This document shows positions 51,407 through 63,522 of a DNA stretch of 64,000 nt, one piece after another. The notes under the pieces were generated by a model. The model had not been told where the DNA came from, did no database searches, and saw only the letters and a program-made list of their open reading frames with translations. The number at the start of each line of letters is the position of its first letter. The stretch's first letter is position 1. Both the position numbers and the translations under genes were made by a program. Source of the DNA: Podarcis cretensis (lineage: Eukaryota); contig OX638151.1 in assembly GCA_951804945.1 (NCBI GenBank), forward strand, positions 53,382,001 to 53,446,000. Direction: 5' to 3'.

Positions 51407-53173
51407 AGGGGCAATCCAAACTCCTGATTTGCAACAGCAGGGCAGTGTGGCCTTGGCTGCATCCACCAGGTTATCTTTTGTAATATGGTGCCTGTGCAAG
51501 GCCAAAATTTGGTGCCTCCAAATGGATCTTCTCAATTATGAATCTTCTCAGTTTTGTGCCCCCTTGGCTCAGTGCCCTGTGTAGCAGAACTGCCCACAGC
51601 ACCCTGAATCCGATGCTGAATCTACATCCCCACCACTCACAGCTGCCAAGGTGGAAGTTGGGGAGAAGGACAGGAAAAATGTTTCTTTGCTGCACTGGAT
51701 TCTAGAGTGAATCATATGCTGGACCAGCACTGTCCTCTCCCTGCCTCTGAAATGCCCTATTGTGGGCAGTTTCTAGTACCTACCACTGGTGGAAATATTG
51801 CTGACTGTAGGTAGGCTCTAACTGTTCAATGTTTGAGAAAGAGCGTTGGGGTGCTCCTCTCTGACAAGGCTGAGCCACTAATGATGGAGTTGCTCCACAG
51901 CAGAGGTTGGCTGATCTGGGCAAGTCTGGGCAGAAGGAACCCTCCGCTCCATCCCCCTCCAGCATAGCAAATTGGGATTTGAACTACTCTGTCCACCATT
52001 AACAGTGCAATGCTAGGAATGTTTATTTTGAAGTAAATCCCACTAAATTCAATGGGTCTCCCAGGTAAATGTCCTAGGCTGGCCAAAGGCAAAAGAAGCT
52101 AGATTCCTGCACTTTTAATTGTTCTGCAGAAGGGGGAATTTCCAGAGGTTTTAGCTGGCTGCACAGGCTACGCCTAATGAGAGCCCTCCTTCCATGCAAA
52201 AACAAAAGGTTGCTGCAAGACTAAAGGTTGCTGCTTTCTTTGTACTTGGCCACACTAATAGGACTGCAGCCACAATCAACTTCACGTTGCAAAATTTCTT
52301 TATGTTTGCCGATTCATCTTCAGGGAAGAAGGCTTAATTCATCTTGAAAAGGGGGGGGTGGAATACTGCATTTATCAGATTCAGGATTAAGAAGCTTTTG
52401 ACCAAAGAAGAAGAAGAAAACTAAGCAAGCTTTTACAAGTTTAAACGATGTGAGAAAAAGAGGTGGAAACTGCCTGGGTCACAGTCTGTTTTGCCAATTG
52501 TTTTACCTGAGCTCATTTTAATGGGTCTACATGCCCAAACCTGTCAGAAATGAAAGAGAATTGCTTTTAACTGACTGCTTAAAGCCTAAAGAGGCCTCCA
52601 AGAACCCACTCTGGGCATGGAAGAAGTTGCCCAGCCCTGGCAGTTCTGTCATATTAAACTCCACTGTATTGTCATTGTGTTCTTCTTCAAAGCACTCCTC
52701 CCACAAGCCTTGGGGCTTTCGAATAGGATCATTTTGTGCCTGTCCTTCTATGCTTTCTCTCTTTGACAATGTGCATATGAATCACTCTCTCTGCTGGAAG
52801 TGAGAGATCCTCGAATGAGACTAGGAGACTCATGTTACAAAACTACAGAGTCTTTGCACTTTCAGCATCATCACGCCTTGCCTCTTAGTGCCCTCCTAGG
52901 TAATTCCCACCCACCCCCGGGGGGGGGGGATTACTGCCCACTTTGTGAACTTCTAGTCCAGATGATATTCTGCTATGTTGTGAAAGAAAAGAGCTTCAAA
53001 CTATACATTTTTTTAAAAAAGCATAAAGGTTTGCTTCTGTTCATGGTTAATTAAATAAGGTTAACTCTTGGTTGGCCAGAAAATTGCAGCAGACTACACA
53101 TGGCACTTCATTCTTTCGTATGCTTTATCTTGGGATCTGGAAGAAACACCCTATATGTTTCTTCCAGATGTCA

Positions 53174-53252
53174 AGATTTTTTTAGGAACTTTCAGAAATA
53201 TTCAGATTTCTTTAGGAATGTTCAGAAATATTCAGATTTCTTTAGGTATGTT
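53174..53252. repeat. 30-bp tandem repeat, ~2.6 copies
   Basis: unit cagatttctttaggaatgttcagaaatatt. Confidence 0.9.
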
Positions 53253-53903
53253 CACGCAGTTGCCATAGCCCAGAGACAACAGGGATTTGGAATGAAACTG
53301 TTCAGAGTTACATGAGGTCCACTGCAGTTAGATAATCCCCCTTGAGCACTCCTGCTGCAGGTAGATTCCCATAGGGATTCATGTTTGTGGGATTCAATTA
53401 ACAAGGACTTCCACTAGTGCAATGGGGTTACCAAGCTTCTCCCCACACAGCCCTCCCCCCCCAAAAAAAAATGGCTCAAGGAGGGTAGGGAAAATCCCCA
53501 GAACAGTGAACATGAGGAAGAGAGAAGGGATCATAGGAGCCAACTCCTAGGGGCTAAGGTCCCTTTCCCACCCCCCATAAAATATTTGAGGGGGCTTGGG
53601 CCCTCCAAAGTTGATAAGTATTGCCATTGAAATGGTAAGTGTGTGCCACATCATGTGATCAGTTATGCAGGGCTGGACTTACCTTCCCCCGTCCCATATT
53701 TCATTCAAGTTGGCACTCCTGGAAGGAATCATTTTGTCTTGCAAGTTAAGAAGCTTTCAGTGATGGAGTAATTATTATAGGGTTAGATTGAATTCCTCCC
53801 AATGCATATTGTTGAGATGTTTTCTTCGGATTAGTGAATGAGACCGTCATTCCATCTTGGGTCAACTGGAATATATGTGACTTTGGGGAAAGTAATACCT
53901 GTA

Positions 53904-54117
53904 CAGTGGTACCTTGGGTTAAGAACTTAATTTGTTCTGTAGGTCCGTTCTTAACCTGAAACCGTTCTTAACCTGAGGCACCACTTTAGCTAATGGGGCC
54001 TCCCGCTGCCACCACGCGATTTCTATTCTCATCCTGAAGAAAGTTCTTAACCCGAGGTACTATTTCTGGGTTAGCGGAGTCTGTAACCTGAAGCGTGTGT
54101 AACCTGAGGTACCACTG
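53904..54117. mobile_element. Tc1/mariner-type MITE
   Basis: TIRs cagtggtacct / aggtaccactg, TA flanks. Confidence 0.92.
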
Positions 54118-54599
54118 TAACTATTTTACCATTTATCAGTCATTTGCAAAATGTCTTCCTCATTCAACATCAACAGCCCAATAAGGAGAATATGGAATTA
54201 TGTAGTCAATATCTCAGTTTTGAAGACTGATTTTCAGAATTAATATTTTATGTTTTAATAAAGCAGGCTCCGTCTTGAGTGTTGTTTATCATGTGCATGT
54301 GGGTGGGTGTATCAAAACAATGCATACAGTTCAACTTCTTGCTAATGAGCTGATACTGATCGGATTTTATGAGCTGGCAATGCATCAATCACTCATCATT
54401 AAACCATTCCCAAAGTGAATATTAATGCACCTTTCCTCCTATTGTAGTACAGTACAAGGCAATGCATACTTGCATCCAGATTGCACAACTGACATTAATG
54501 CTTTGCCATAAAATGAAGAATGCATTTTTTAAGTAAAAAAGGGTTATCATATTTGTTGTTCCAGAATAATATTCACAGTTTAGCCCCCCCCCCCGGGGG

Positions 54600-54798
54600 G
54601 GGACTAATCCAATGAGCCTCTTGGGCTTGCTGATCAGAAGTTCAGCAGTTTGAATCTCCACAACGGAGTGAGCTCCTGTTGCTCTGTCCCAGCTCCTGCC
54701 AAGCTAGCAGTTCAAAAGCATGCCAGTGCAATAAGATAAATAGGTACCACTGTGGCGGGAATGTAAATGGCGTTTCTGGTACTCGTCACAGTGTTCCC
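54600..54798 (+). mobile_element. Sauria SINE 5' part (3' part at 55880-56048)
   Basis: gggcttgctgatcagaag...tagcagttcaaaagca...gataaataggtacc; tail (ACCTTT)n at ~56035-56048. Confidence 0.75.
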
Positions 54799-55820
54799 AA
54801 TGGAAGCAATATTTTGAAAAGGGAAAACTTGAAATTGGGCAACATATAAAGATCTGTTAACAGAACCAGAAAATCACTTAAAGATGAAGGAATATAATGA
54901 TATAAAATGTCTGCTAACAGATTGGCCACAATACCATCAATTGATTGACATATTCAGAGGTGATAAAGGGATGGGCTTTGGGAAGGAGTTCTCAAAGTTC
55001 AAAAAGGAATTATTGGAAAATAATGAGAAATTCTTATCAAGAATGTACAAACTACTGCTGGAATGGGAGACGAAAGACGAAGAGGTTAAGACTGTAATGA
55101 AACACTGGACACAAGATATAGGGTATAACATACCATTTGAATCATGGGGAAAGCTGTGGAAAGAGAATTTAAAATTTACAGCATGCAGTTCACTAAAAGA
55201 AAATTATATGAAAATGATGTATAGATGGTATTTAACTCCAGTAAAACTTGCTAAGATGTATAAAAATGCATCTAACCTATGTTGGAAATGTAAAGATAAA
55301 GAAGATACGTTTTTTCATAGGTAGTGGACATGTAAAAAAGTAAGGGGCTTCTGGGAAATGATATACAATGAAATGGAAAAAAAAATGTTTAAAAATACAA
55401 TTGTTAAAAAACCAGAGGCCTTTTTAGTATGCAACCACAGCTGCCAGAATGCTACTTGCCCAGAAGTGGAAAGAAGAGAACGTCCCAACGAAAGAAGAAA
55501 TGAAGACTAAGATGATACACTACGCTAAATTAACTGTGAAGATCAGACACCATGAAGGAAAATTTAATCAAGAATGGGAAAAAATTATAGATTATTTTAA
55601 AGAGCGCTGTAAAAACATGGAAACATTAGCAGGATTGTTGCAACATTTATGAACTGAAGGCAAAATTAGGATGTGAAAAAGAATTTGAAATTAAGTGATG
55701 AAAAATAATTGGATGCAAGGAAAATAAAAGGGAAAAAATGGAAACCAGGAGGGGTGGGGGGGAAGTAAATCAATGTAAATTTGGAAATAATACGTTAAGA
55801 AAAATTGTTATTAGAAAAAT
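54799..55820 (+). mobile_element. L1/Tx1-clade LINE, 3' part of ORF2 (disrupted) plus 3' UTR
   Basis: ORF 54884-55324 with YRWYLTP and zinc knuckle CWKC...TFFH.*WTC; continuation LLAQKWK; followed by (TATC)n. Confidence 0.9.
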
Positions 55821-55825
55821 CTATC

Positions 55826-55864
<39 letters not shown>

Positions 55865-55880
55865 ATCATCTATCTATCTA
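55820..55880. repeat. (TATC)n microsatellite
   Basis: direct reading. Confidence 0.95.
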
Positions 55881-56200
55881 CTGCAGCAGGAAGGTAAACG
55901 GCATTTCCATGTGCTTTGGCACTCCCACTGCATAGAAAGCTGTCTGTGGACAAATGCTGGCTCCCTCAGCCAGAAGAGAGATGAGCATTGCACCCCATAG
56001 TCACCTTTGACTGGACTTAACTGTCCAGGGGTCTTTTACCTTTACCTTACCTCTCTGTGTATAAAGGTGATGAGGAGCTCCACAGCCAATATGTGGCATG
56101 AAGGGTGGATGACAGAACTAGATGTGGGGTGGTGGATGAGTGAATAAATTGATGGGTGGGTGGTGGAAGAAGTCCACTTACATTTAATGGTCAGACAGCA

Positions 56201-56953
56201 TTGTAGGCTGGTCATAGCCACATCTGCAACCCAGCAGCTGGCTGCAGTGGATTGCAGGCCTGCCTGCAGATTGGCCAATAGCAGACTGGCCTGGGGGCCG
56301 GAGTTCCTCAGAGGGTGAGACCAACCAGCCAATGGGCATTTGGGTTCGCTCCTGGGGGAATAAATAGCCTGCCAAGTCATCCTCAGCTTTTTGTCAGATC
56401 TCCCACCCTCCCTCCCTTTATCATACACTTTTCCTTTCATGCTAAGAAGGACCTTGTTAGCCACCATATTTGGGGCTGGGCAGGAATTTTTTCGCTTGAC
56501 AAATTGGCACCGGCCATTTGGTTTTCACCTACCTCATAGCAGTCATCACAACTTTGTGAGGCTAGGCATTGGGTAAGCCTTGGGTGGAGGGGAAGTTGTA
56601 GCCTCTGCCTGCCCCTCCTTGATTAAGGGTGCACCATTAAAGGGATTCGCACGGAGCTGCCTCTATCTGATGCCCAGGTGGCGGCTAGGGCCATAACACT
56701 CCACCAAAGGGGACCCCTCAGGGGGACACCTATTTGATGTATGTCATAGCCCCCCCCCATGTGGTTTACCCTTGGTTTACTCCCAGCAGACGGGCTGGAG
56801 CAAAATAAATGGCTTCACTCAATGCCTATAGCAAACTATTCACATCTGTAATCAATGAAGTTGTGGCCTATTTGAGCCCAGGCTATAGGCTGCTAGCTTG
56901 TCTAGTTCTTTATCATCTAAGGAGTGACAGGGTCATGGAGCCTTGGCATGCAA
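56201..56953 (+). mobile_element. LTR- or DIRS/Ngaro-type terminal repeat (relative of 46870-47587)
   Basis: Shared blocks aggaatttttt..attggca..ggccatttggtttt..ctacctc.tagca.tc.tcacaactttgt and aagttgtggcc. Confidence 0.5.
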
Positions 56954-57624
56954 GTCGTAGCTGTGCCATCGCCAGTTTTCTTGGGGAATTTAAGGGTATA
57001 GAGTTAAAGCCAACTTCAAGGTTTCAACCAGGCCATGTTTGTTTTTTGAAGAAGTAATTTATTAAACCAGTTTTATATTTAAGAATACGGAGGCTTTACA
57101 TTCTTCTATTTGATTAGGAAACTTGAGAAGAACAGAGGCGGATTGGATGTAAAACCTTCTCCTCAAGGCAAGTGACTTATTGTAAACACTCTATATAAAC
57201 TGGCTCAGAGTGTTGTTGTTTTTTTAAACATCAGTAGCGTGTGTTAATGGCATAGTAGGTCAGGGGTTTGTGTCAAAGCATTTTTAAAGAATAGGAAAAG
57301 AAATGTATAAGAGTTCAGAAGTGGGCTTCCAGAATGATTCATAGCTTGGAAAGCCTGGCTTCCAGCAAGATTGCCAAACTAAATAGAGTGACCTTAAAAC
57401 AGATGGTTAAGTGTTGCTATTATCACTGTTTGTAAGTGCCTCCCATGGAGAGATTTCTAATAGAGAAAAAGCATTACGATATTTTAGAGCTGGAAGTTGA
57501 AACTAGGCAAACTAAAACTGAAAAGAAGCAGCAAGCTTATAATTACAGAAGTATTTATTGGCATAAAGGATGTAACATGGTCCCCATCAAATGAGGTCTT
57601 TAAACCTTACCTATGCTGACCGCA

Positions 57625-57986
57625 GGGTACAGGTGGCGCTGTGGGTTAAAGCCTCAGCGCCTAGGACTTGCTGATCGAAAGGTTGGCGGTTCGAATCCCT
57701 GCGGCAGGGTGCGCTCCCGCTGCTCGGTCCCAGCGCCTGCCAACCTAGCAGTTCGAAAGCACCTCCAGGTGCAAGTAGATAAATAGGGACCGCTTACCAG
57801 CGGGAAGGTAAACGGCGTTTCCGTGTGCGGCTCTGGCTCGCCAGAGCAGCGATGTCACGCTGGCCACGTGACCCGGAAGTGTCTCCGGACAGCGCTGGCC
57901 CCTGGCCTCTTAAGTGAGATGGGCGCACAACCCCAGAGTCTGTCAAGACTGGCCCGTATGGGCAGGGGTACCTTTACCTTTACCTT
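57625..57986 (+). mobile_element. Sauria SINE, young full-length copy
   Basis: 12-bp TSD tatgctgaccgc; near-identical to 39998-40356. Confidence 0.97.
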
Positions 57987-58824
57987 TATGCTGACCGCCT
58001 TTCTAAATGAGATTCTTGCATTCAGTCTGAAATTATAGTTTGAAGTAATAATTAATAGGTTAAATCTATGACTTTCCCCAGACAGGCATTCACTTATTTT
58101 GCCATGTTCACTGTGGCCTTAAAGGACAAGCTCAGAAAGGGGGATGAGTAACCCTAAGTAACTAAAAGAAATATTCCTGGGGGATGAGAGTTCAACTTTG
58201 GGGACAAAAGAACAAGGTGCTTATAGATATTCATACAACCCATATTCAAATTTTCCCCCAAATTATCTGAAGCTGCCTTTATCTCAAGTGTTTGATGGTC
58301 CTGATAACTTAATGCAAATCCCCTCACGGTTTCTAAAGAGATGAAAACCCTCTTCATGTAATGTGCCCAATAAGAGAAAGCAGGTGAGGTTGGCACAATT
58401 CAAAAGCACTGTCAGGAATGCCAGTATGGCTCCACTGGTGGATTTGTACCACAATGACCTTGCCCCCCCCCCTCTCCATGGCTATATGCAGCAGCAGCAG
58501 CCAGAAGGTCAGGTGAAGAGTGCAGCCCCATGCTGCCGTCCAACTGTCCTTGTGTGTGCAGGCCCAACCTGCTCCATCCCTGACTTTCTCAAGTCGCGTG
58601 GGAAGTCTAAAGGTGGCTTTGAAATGCAGAGAAGTCTCCTTGCAATCAGGAATCCTGAGGGTGCAGGCTTCCCACTTGTCAGAAGACTTCTAAGTGTCTT
58701 CAGACAAGTGCACTTAAAAAAAGATCTCTCTCAATTCAGATCTTCTCTCTCAAAACAGGAAAGTTGGGGGTAGAGCAGACAGAAACATGGGGAGCAAGGG
58801 AGAGTGCCCTCCCCCATTTCTGAC

Positions 58825-58945
58825 TTGTTGTTGTTTAGTCGTTTAGTTGTGTCCGACTCTTTGTGACCCCATGGACCAGAGCACGCCAGGCACGCCTGTC
58901 TTCCACTGCCTCCCGCAGTTTGGTCAGACTCATGTTGGTAGCTTC
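58825..58945 (-). mobile_element. Bov-B 3' stub (121 bp)
   Basis: matches the 3' ends at 3984 and 59391. Confidence 0.92.
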
Positions 58946-59390
58946 ACTGTTGATAGCCTTGTCCACCGTGACTTTGTTTTCTTTTAAAACCAACTAGTGC
59001 TTTTCTCGGGGGGGACGCAGGGAGACCATAGCTGTCAATGTTTCTCTTTTTTTAAAAAGAGAAATTCCCTTATTCCGAATAGGATTCCTCGCAAGAAAAG
59101 GGAAAAGTTGACAGCTACGAGGGGGACGCATACCCCTAAACATTTTGTGAATCTAAGTTGTCCTCATTGAGGGGCAGTATTTCAATATGAGTAGGAAAAT
59201 GAGAGTACCCCTAAACATTTTTTTAAAGAAAAAAAGGACTGAAACAAAAAAGGTGGTGGCTATCACTGCCTTCTTTGGGAGAGATTTCTGCAAACCAGCC
59301 AGAGATATTCCAGTGGATCCTGCACACTTCTGGTCCAAACAACAAAGGCATCCTCTTTCTACACACCCTCCAACATTTCTCTGATGAAAA
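58946..59390 (-). repeat. inverted duplicate of 23482-23900
   Basis: Same order of hAT end, spacer, CR1 piece, hAT MITE with nested MITE, CR1 piece, with shared junctions. Confidence 0.95.
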
Positions 59391-59857
59391 TTGTTGTTGT
59401 TGTTTAGTTGTTTAGTCGTGTCCAACTCTTCGTGACCCCATGGACCAGAGCACGCCAGGCACTCCTGTCTTCCACTGCCTCCCGCAGTTTCGTCAGACTC
59501 ATGTTTGTAGCTTCGAGAACACTGTCCAACCATCTCGTCCTCTGTTGTCCCCTTCTCCTTGTGCCCTCCATCTTTTCCAACATCAGGGTCTTTTCCAGGG
59601 AGTCTTCTCTTCTCATGAGGTGGCCAAAGTATTGGAGCCTCAGCTTCACGATCTGTCCTTCCAGTGAGCACTCAGGGCTGATTTCCTTAAGAATGGATAG
59701 GTTTGATCTTCTTGCAGTCCATGGGACTCTCAAGAGTCTCCTCCAGCACCATAATTCAAAAGCATCGATTCTTCAGTGATCAGCCTTCTTTATGCTCCAG
59801 CTCTCACTTCCATACATCACTACTGGAAAAACCATAGCTTTAAATATACGGACCTTT
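59391..59857 (-). mobile_element. Bov-B (RTE) LINE, 5'-truncated 3' end
   Basis: ORF RVPWTARRSNLSILKEISPECSLEGQIVKLRLQYFGHLMRR...WRALVHGVTKSWTRLN; (CAA)n tail. Confidence 0.96.
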
Positions 59858-61721
59858 TTTCCGACTACTACTTTCTAATTCCCTCTTTAGACACAAGACC
59901 CGAACAAGTGTTACAGATTTCAGCCAAACACTGTTAAGTAGTACAACTGAGAGGCCACACCCAGTTATTTACCAAACTTTGGAAGGGCTGCAGAAGAACA
60001 TCACTTGGATCCAGGATCTGAGAAGCGGGGTTCACATACCCCAACCTGCTAACCTTGGGACTGCCTGCAGTTTTTAAAAATCTATTTGCAATTCAGACCA
60101 AGCCTGAGAGCAGTTCTTAGACTGTTTGCATAATAATGGGCACAGTTGAATTTCAATGACTGCTTGAAAGGTCATCTCTTCCCCTGCTCTGCCCCACGCA
60201 TTTCACTTAATGGCCTGTTTTACTTTAACTCGTCCATTTTACTTTAACCCTTATATATTGTTTCAAGCGTTTGAAGCTATTACTCTACTGAAACTCTACA
60301 TGAACTGAAGAAACATAACTGTCTCTCCATGGGTGCTAAACTTTTCTGTTTTGCAAGAAAAACAACATATTTGGACCGCTTCTCTCAGTAATGATTACAA
60401 TTCTGGATGCCTCTCCTGAGGACATAGCCCACAGCAACCAGTAGCCATTTCTGCAATCATATCAGCCATACATATCCCACAAAAAGCCCTCTGGCAGGAC
60501 TAGTACTCTCCCCTTCTGTGGATTCGAGGAACTGGTATTCAAAAGCATTGCTGCCTATGTTTCAGTGTAATTGGCTTATGAACTTATAAAGGTTGTGGAC
60601 ACCACCTGCTGCTGCAGTCCTGCTCTCTCCTTCACTTATAGATCCTACGTAGTTGTAGAAGTAAGAACTGTACCACAGAGGTTTCTCTAAGCCATCCTGT
60701 AGACAGGAGAAAATGGCGCACAGAAAATACAGCATTGTGAAAATCTAAGCAGACAGCTGCTAGGCAAGAGCCAGCCCCCATTCTTGTGAATCCCTTGTAA
60801 AGAATTTGGATTGATGTGTATATTGCCCAACTGCTTCACGACACTTTGGGGGCCAGTTGTCTTCTAAAGCTGCCATCAGTGCTGACAACGATGAGGCAAT
60901 GCTTTTTCGATCTTGCTTCCCAAAGTCTCACAATCCTGCTTTCCCCCTTGATTTATGTAGAGTTGAAGCTGCTGCTATTAGCGGATCGATTCCTATACCT
61001 GGTTCTAATCCACCGTGCCCAGAAAGCTGGAATTTTCAGCTGCTATACTTGTTTGTTATTAGACTCGCTCCAGAACTTTTAAAGGAAGGCATCTCTTGCA
61101 GCATGTTGCATTACGAAAGGGGAAGCAACAGTCATGTGGATGCAAAGGTACTTACCAGGACATCAAAGGAGAATGCATATTCTTCCTCTCCCCTCCCCCA
61201 ATCTGCACAGATCACATTTATGGGGAAATAGGACTGTGCCTGCAGGCTACACACCTGACATACCTGCTTGCCCATGTCCCTCAGCACACACACACACCCC
61301 TATTCCATGCTAATGGAAAAGGGTAGGATCACATGGAGGAATGGATGGGTGTGTAAGAACTGGGTGGATATCAGAGAAAAAGCAAAAAAAGTTCTTCTCT
61401 GGCTCAGATTCACAAGCTGCAGAAGTTTTGGAGTTTTAACACTCATATTGTATTTGAGGCAAGCATTGGAGCTACCCAAAACTATATTTCCAAGCCTGAA
61501 AATATGTGTGTGTGGTGGGGGATTCTGAGCATGCATTGCCCAGCCAATTACATTAAATGGCAAGCACTGGCAAATGCCAGAGATACTGAGGGTAGGGTGG
61601 CAAAATGGCACTGAGAAGCAGCAGCTGGAGAACAAAAACAAGGAAAGAAGAGTACTGGAACAGTGGAAATGTTTGGCAGGGTAGAATCTTTCTTTGAAGG
61701 GGGGAATTAGTTAAGCTGCAT

Positions 61722-61764
61722 CAAATCTGCTAGTTTTGAAGCAAATCTGCTAGTTTTGAAGCAA
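61722..61764. repeat. 20-bp tandem duplication
   Basis: caaatctgctagttttgaag x2. Confidence 0.9.
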
Positions 61765-62518
61765 GACTATGTAGAGGGGCCTTGGTGAACTCTGGCTCAA
61801 ATTTGGCCTTATTTTGGGAGGCCTTGATCGCTCTCTCTCAACTCAGGGAAAAGCGCACTGAAGGGCAAAAAAATGAGGATTTTATATGTATTATTAACCC
61901 AGGGATCACAATTTATGGTATAATCCAGGAGCAAGTGAAAAGATGAATGGCAAAATATTTATGTCCTGAGTCAATTCATGTTACAGGCCAAGACGTTAAG
62001 CAGTGCCTTTGGTTGTCCAACAGGAGATACCTTTCAAATAAATTTTGAAGCAATTTAAATATGACATTAATGGTGTGGATTTGTCATTGTGCTAGCCTGA
62101 AGAAAAAAAAATTGTGGGTCGCACAAATTACATTGGGGCTTCTGATTTTCTTTTGTTTCAGCTTTTGAAGGCATAGAATGACAGAGCTTAGGAGCAGTCA
62201 CTTTCCTGTGTGCCTTTGCTGTTCTAACATACCACAACATTATTTATTACAATCTGAATGCAACCCTACCTTCCAAACAACTTGCTTTAAATGCTGATCA
62301 AGCAAGCTAACCAGCTTCTCTTCTTCTCTTGTCAGGTGGGAAACTCACAGTTGCATGAGACATACAAAAGGTCTCCACACCATTGTATCTCAGTACCAGA
62401 ACAAGGGGCAACTGCTCTAATGAGCACCTGTGAGGTCCAGAGACTGCCTTCCCCTACCATCTCTGCTGTGGTCAGGGTGTTTTATCAGTCGGAACTCACT
62501 GGGTGGCATTTGCCATTA

Positions 62519-63086
62519 CAGTGGTACCTTGGTTCTCAGATTTAATTCGTTCTGGAAGTCCATTCCAAAACCAAAGTGTTTCAAAACCAAGGCGCACTTT
62601 CCCATAGAAAGTAATGCAAAACGTATTAACCCGTTCCAGACTTTTAAAAACAACCCCTAGAACAGCAATTTAACATGAATTTTACTATCAAACAAGAACA
62701 TTGAGCCAAAAAATGAAAGCAATAATCAATGTACTGTACTATAAAATAAATAAGACAATATTGTAGATGAAATAATTCAAATTATTTTTTTTTCCTCACG
62801 TGCACTGATGATAGTCATTGTTTGGATGGGGGGCTTTTATCCATTTCCACAGTCACACAATCAATCAATCAATCACTAGCTGAACTGGGCTCCACACAGT
62901 CACAAAAACAAATGAACTGAAAAAGCCTCAAAAACAAAAATGCAAAATAAATAGCAAAAACAAAAGTGCCAAACTTAATCTGTTACGGAAGTCAGTTTGA
63001 CTTCCGAAATGTCCCAAAACCAAAAGACTTACTTCCGGGTTTTCGGCGTTTGAGAATTAAGTTATTTGAGAACCAAGGTTCCACTG
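62519..63086. mobile_element. Tc1/mariner-type non-autonomous element
   Basis: TIRs cagtggtaccttggttctca / tgagaaccaaggttccactg, TA flanks. Confidence 0.9.
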
Positions 63087-63322
63087 TATAAGAGAACAAG
63101 GGAGGCATTTATGGTGAGTTCCGGCACCTCTTTTTCTAGAAAAATAGCACTGGCTGTGGTCCATATCCATGATTTGGAAAGGAGACTTGGTTGTTCTCCT
63201 CTGAGCCTTTTCAAACTCTACAATATTCTTTTTCAGATGAGATGACCAGAACTGTACATAGTAATCCAAATGTGGTTACAAACCATAGATTTGTATAATG
63301 GCATTTTGATATCAGACTGATA

Positions 63323-63522
63323 CCTGACAGTAAGAGCTGTTCGACAGTGGAATTTGCTGCCAAGGAGTGTGGTGGAGTCTCCTTCTTTGGAGGTCTTTAA
63401 GCAGAGGCTTGACAACCATATGTCAGGAGTGCTCTGATGGTGTTTCCTGCTTGGCAGGGGGTTGGACTCGATGGCCCGATGGCCCTTGTGGTCTCTTCCA
63501 ACTCTATGATTCTATGATTCTA
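63323..63522 (+). mobile_element. young CR1 LINE 3' end
   Basis: Reverse complement of 51175-51365 apart from an 8-bp duplication cgatggcc. Confidence 0.95.

Noticed and set aside
53174-53252. CRISPR-like array
   Set aside because: Head-to-tail 30-bp repeats with no spacers in vertebrate DNA; a simple minisatellite.
58363-58773. 136-aa ORF with a poly-Q stretch
   Set aside because: Non-ATG start, no homology recognised, no flanking splice signals; probably decayed repeat or chance.
59153-59779. Longest ORFs (172 aa, 123 aa) as host genes
   Set aside because: They are alternative or antisense frames of the Bov-B fragment running into the duplicated segment; the same applies to 3868-4364.
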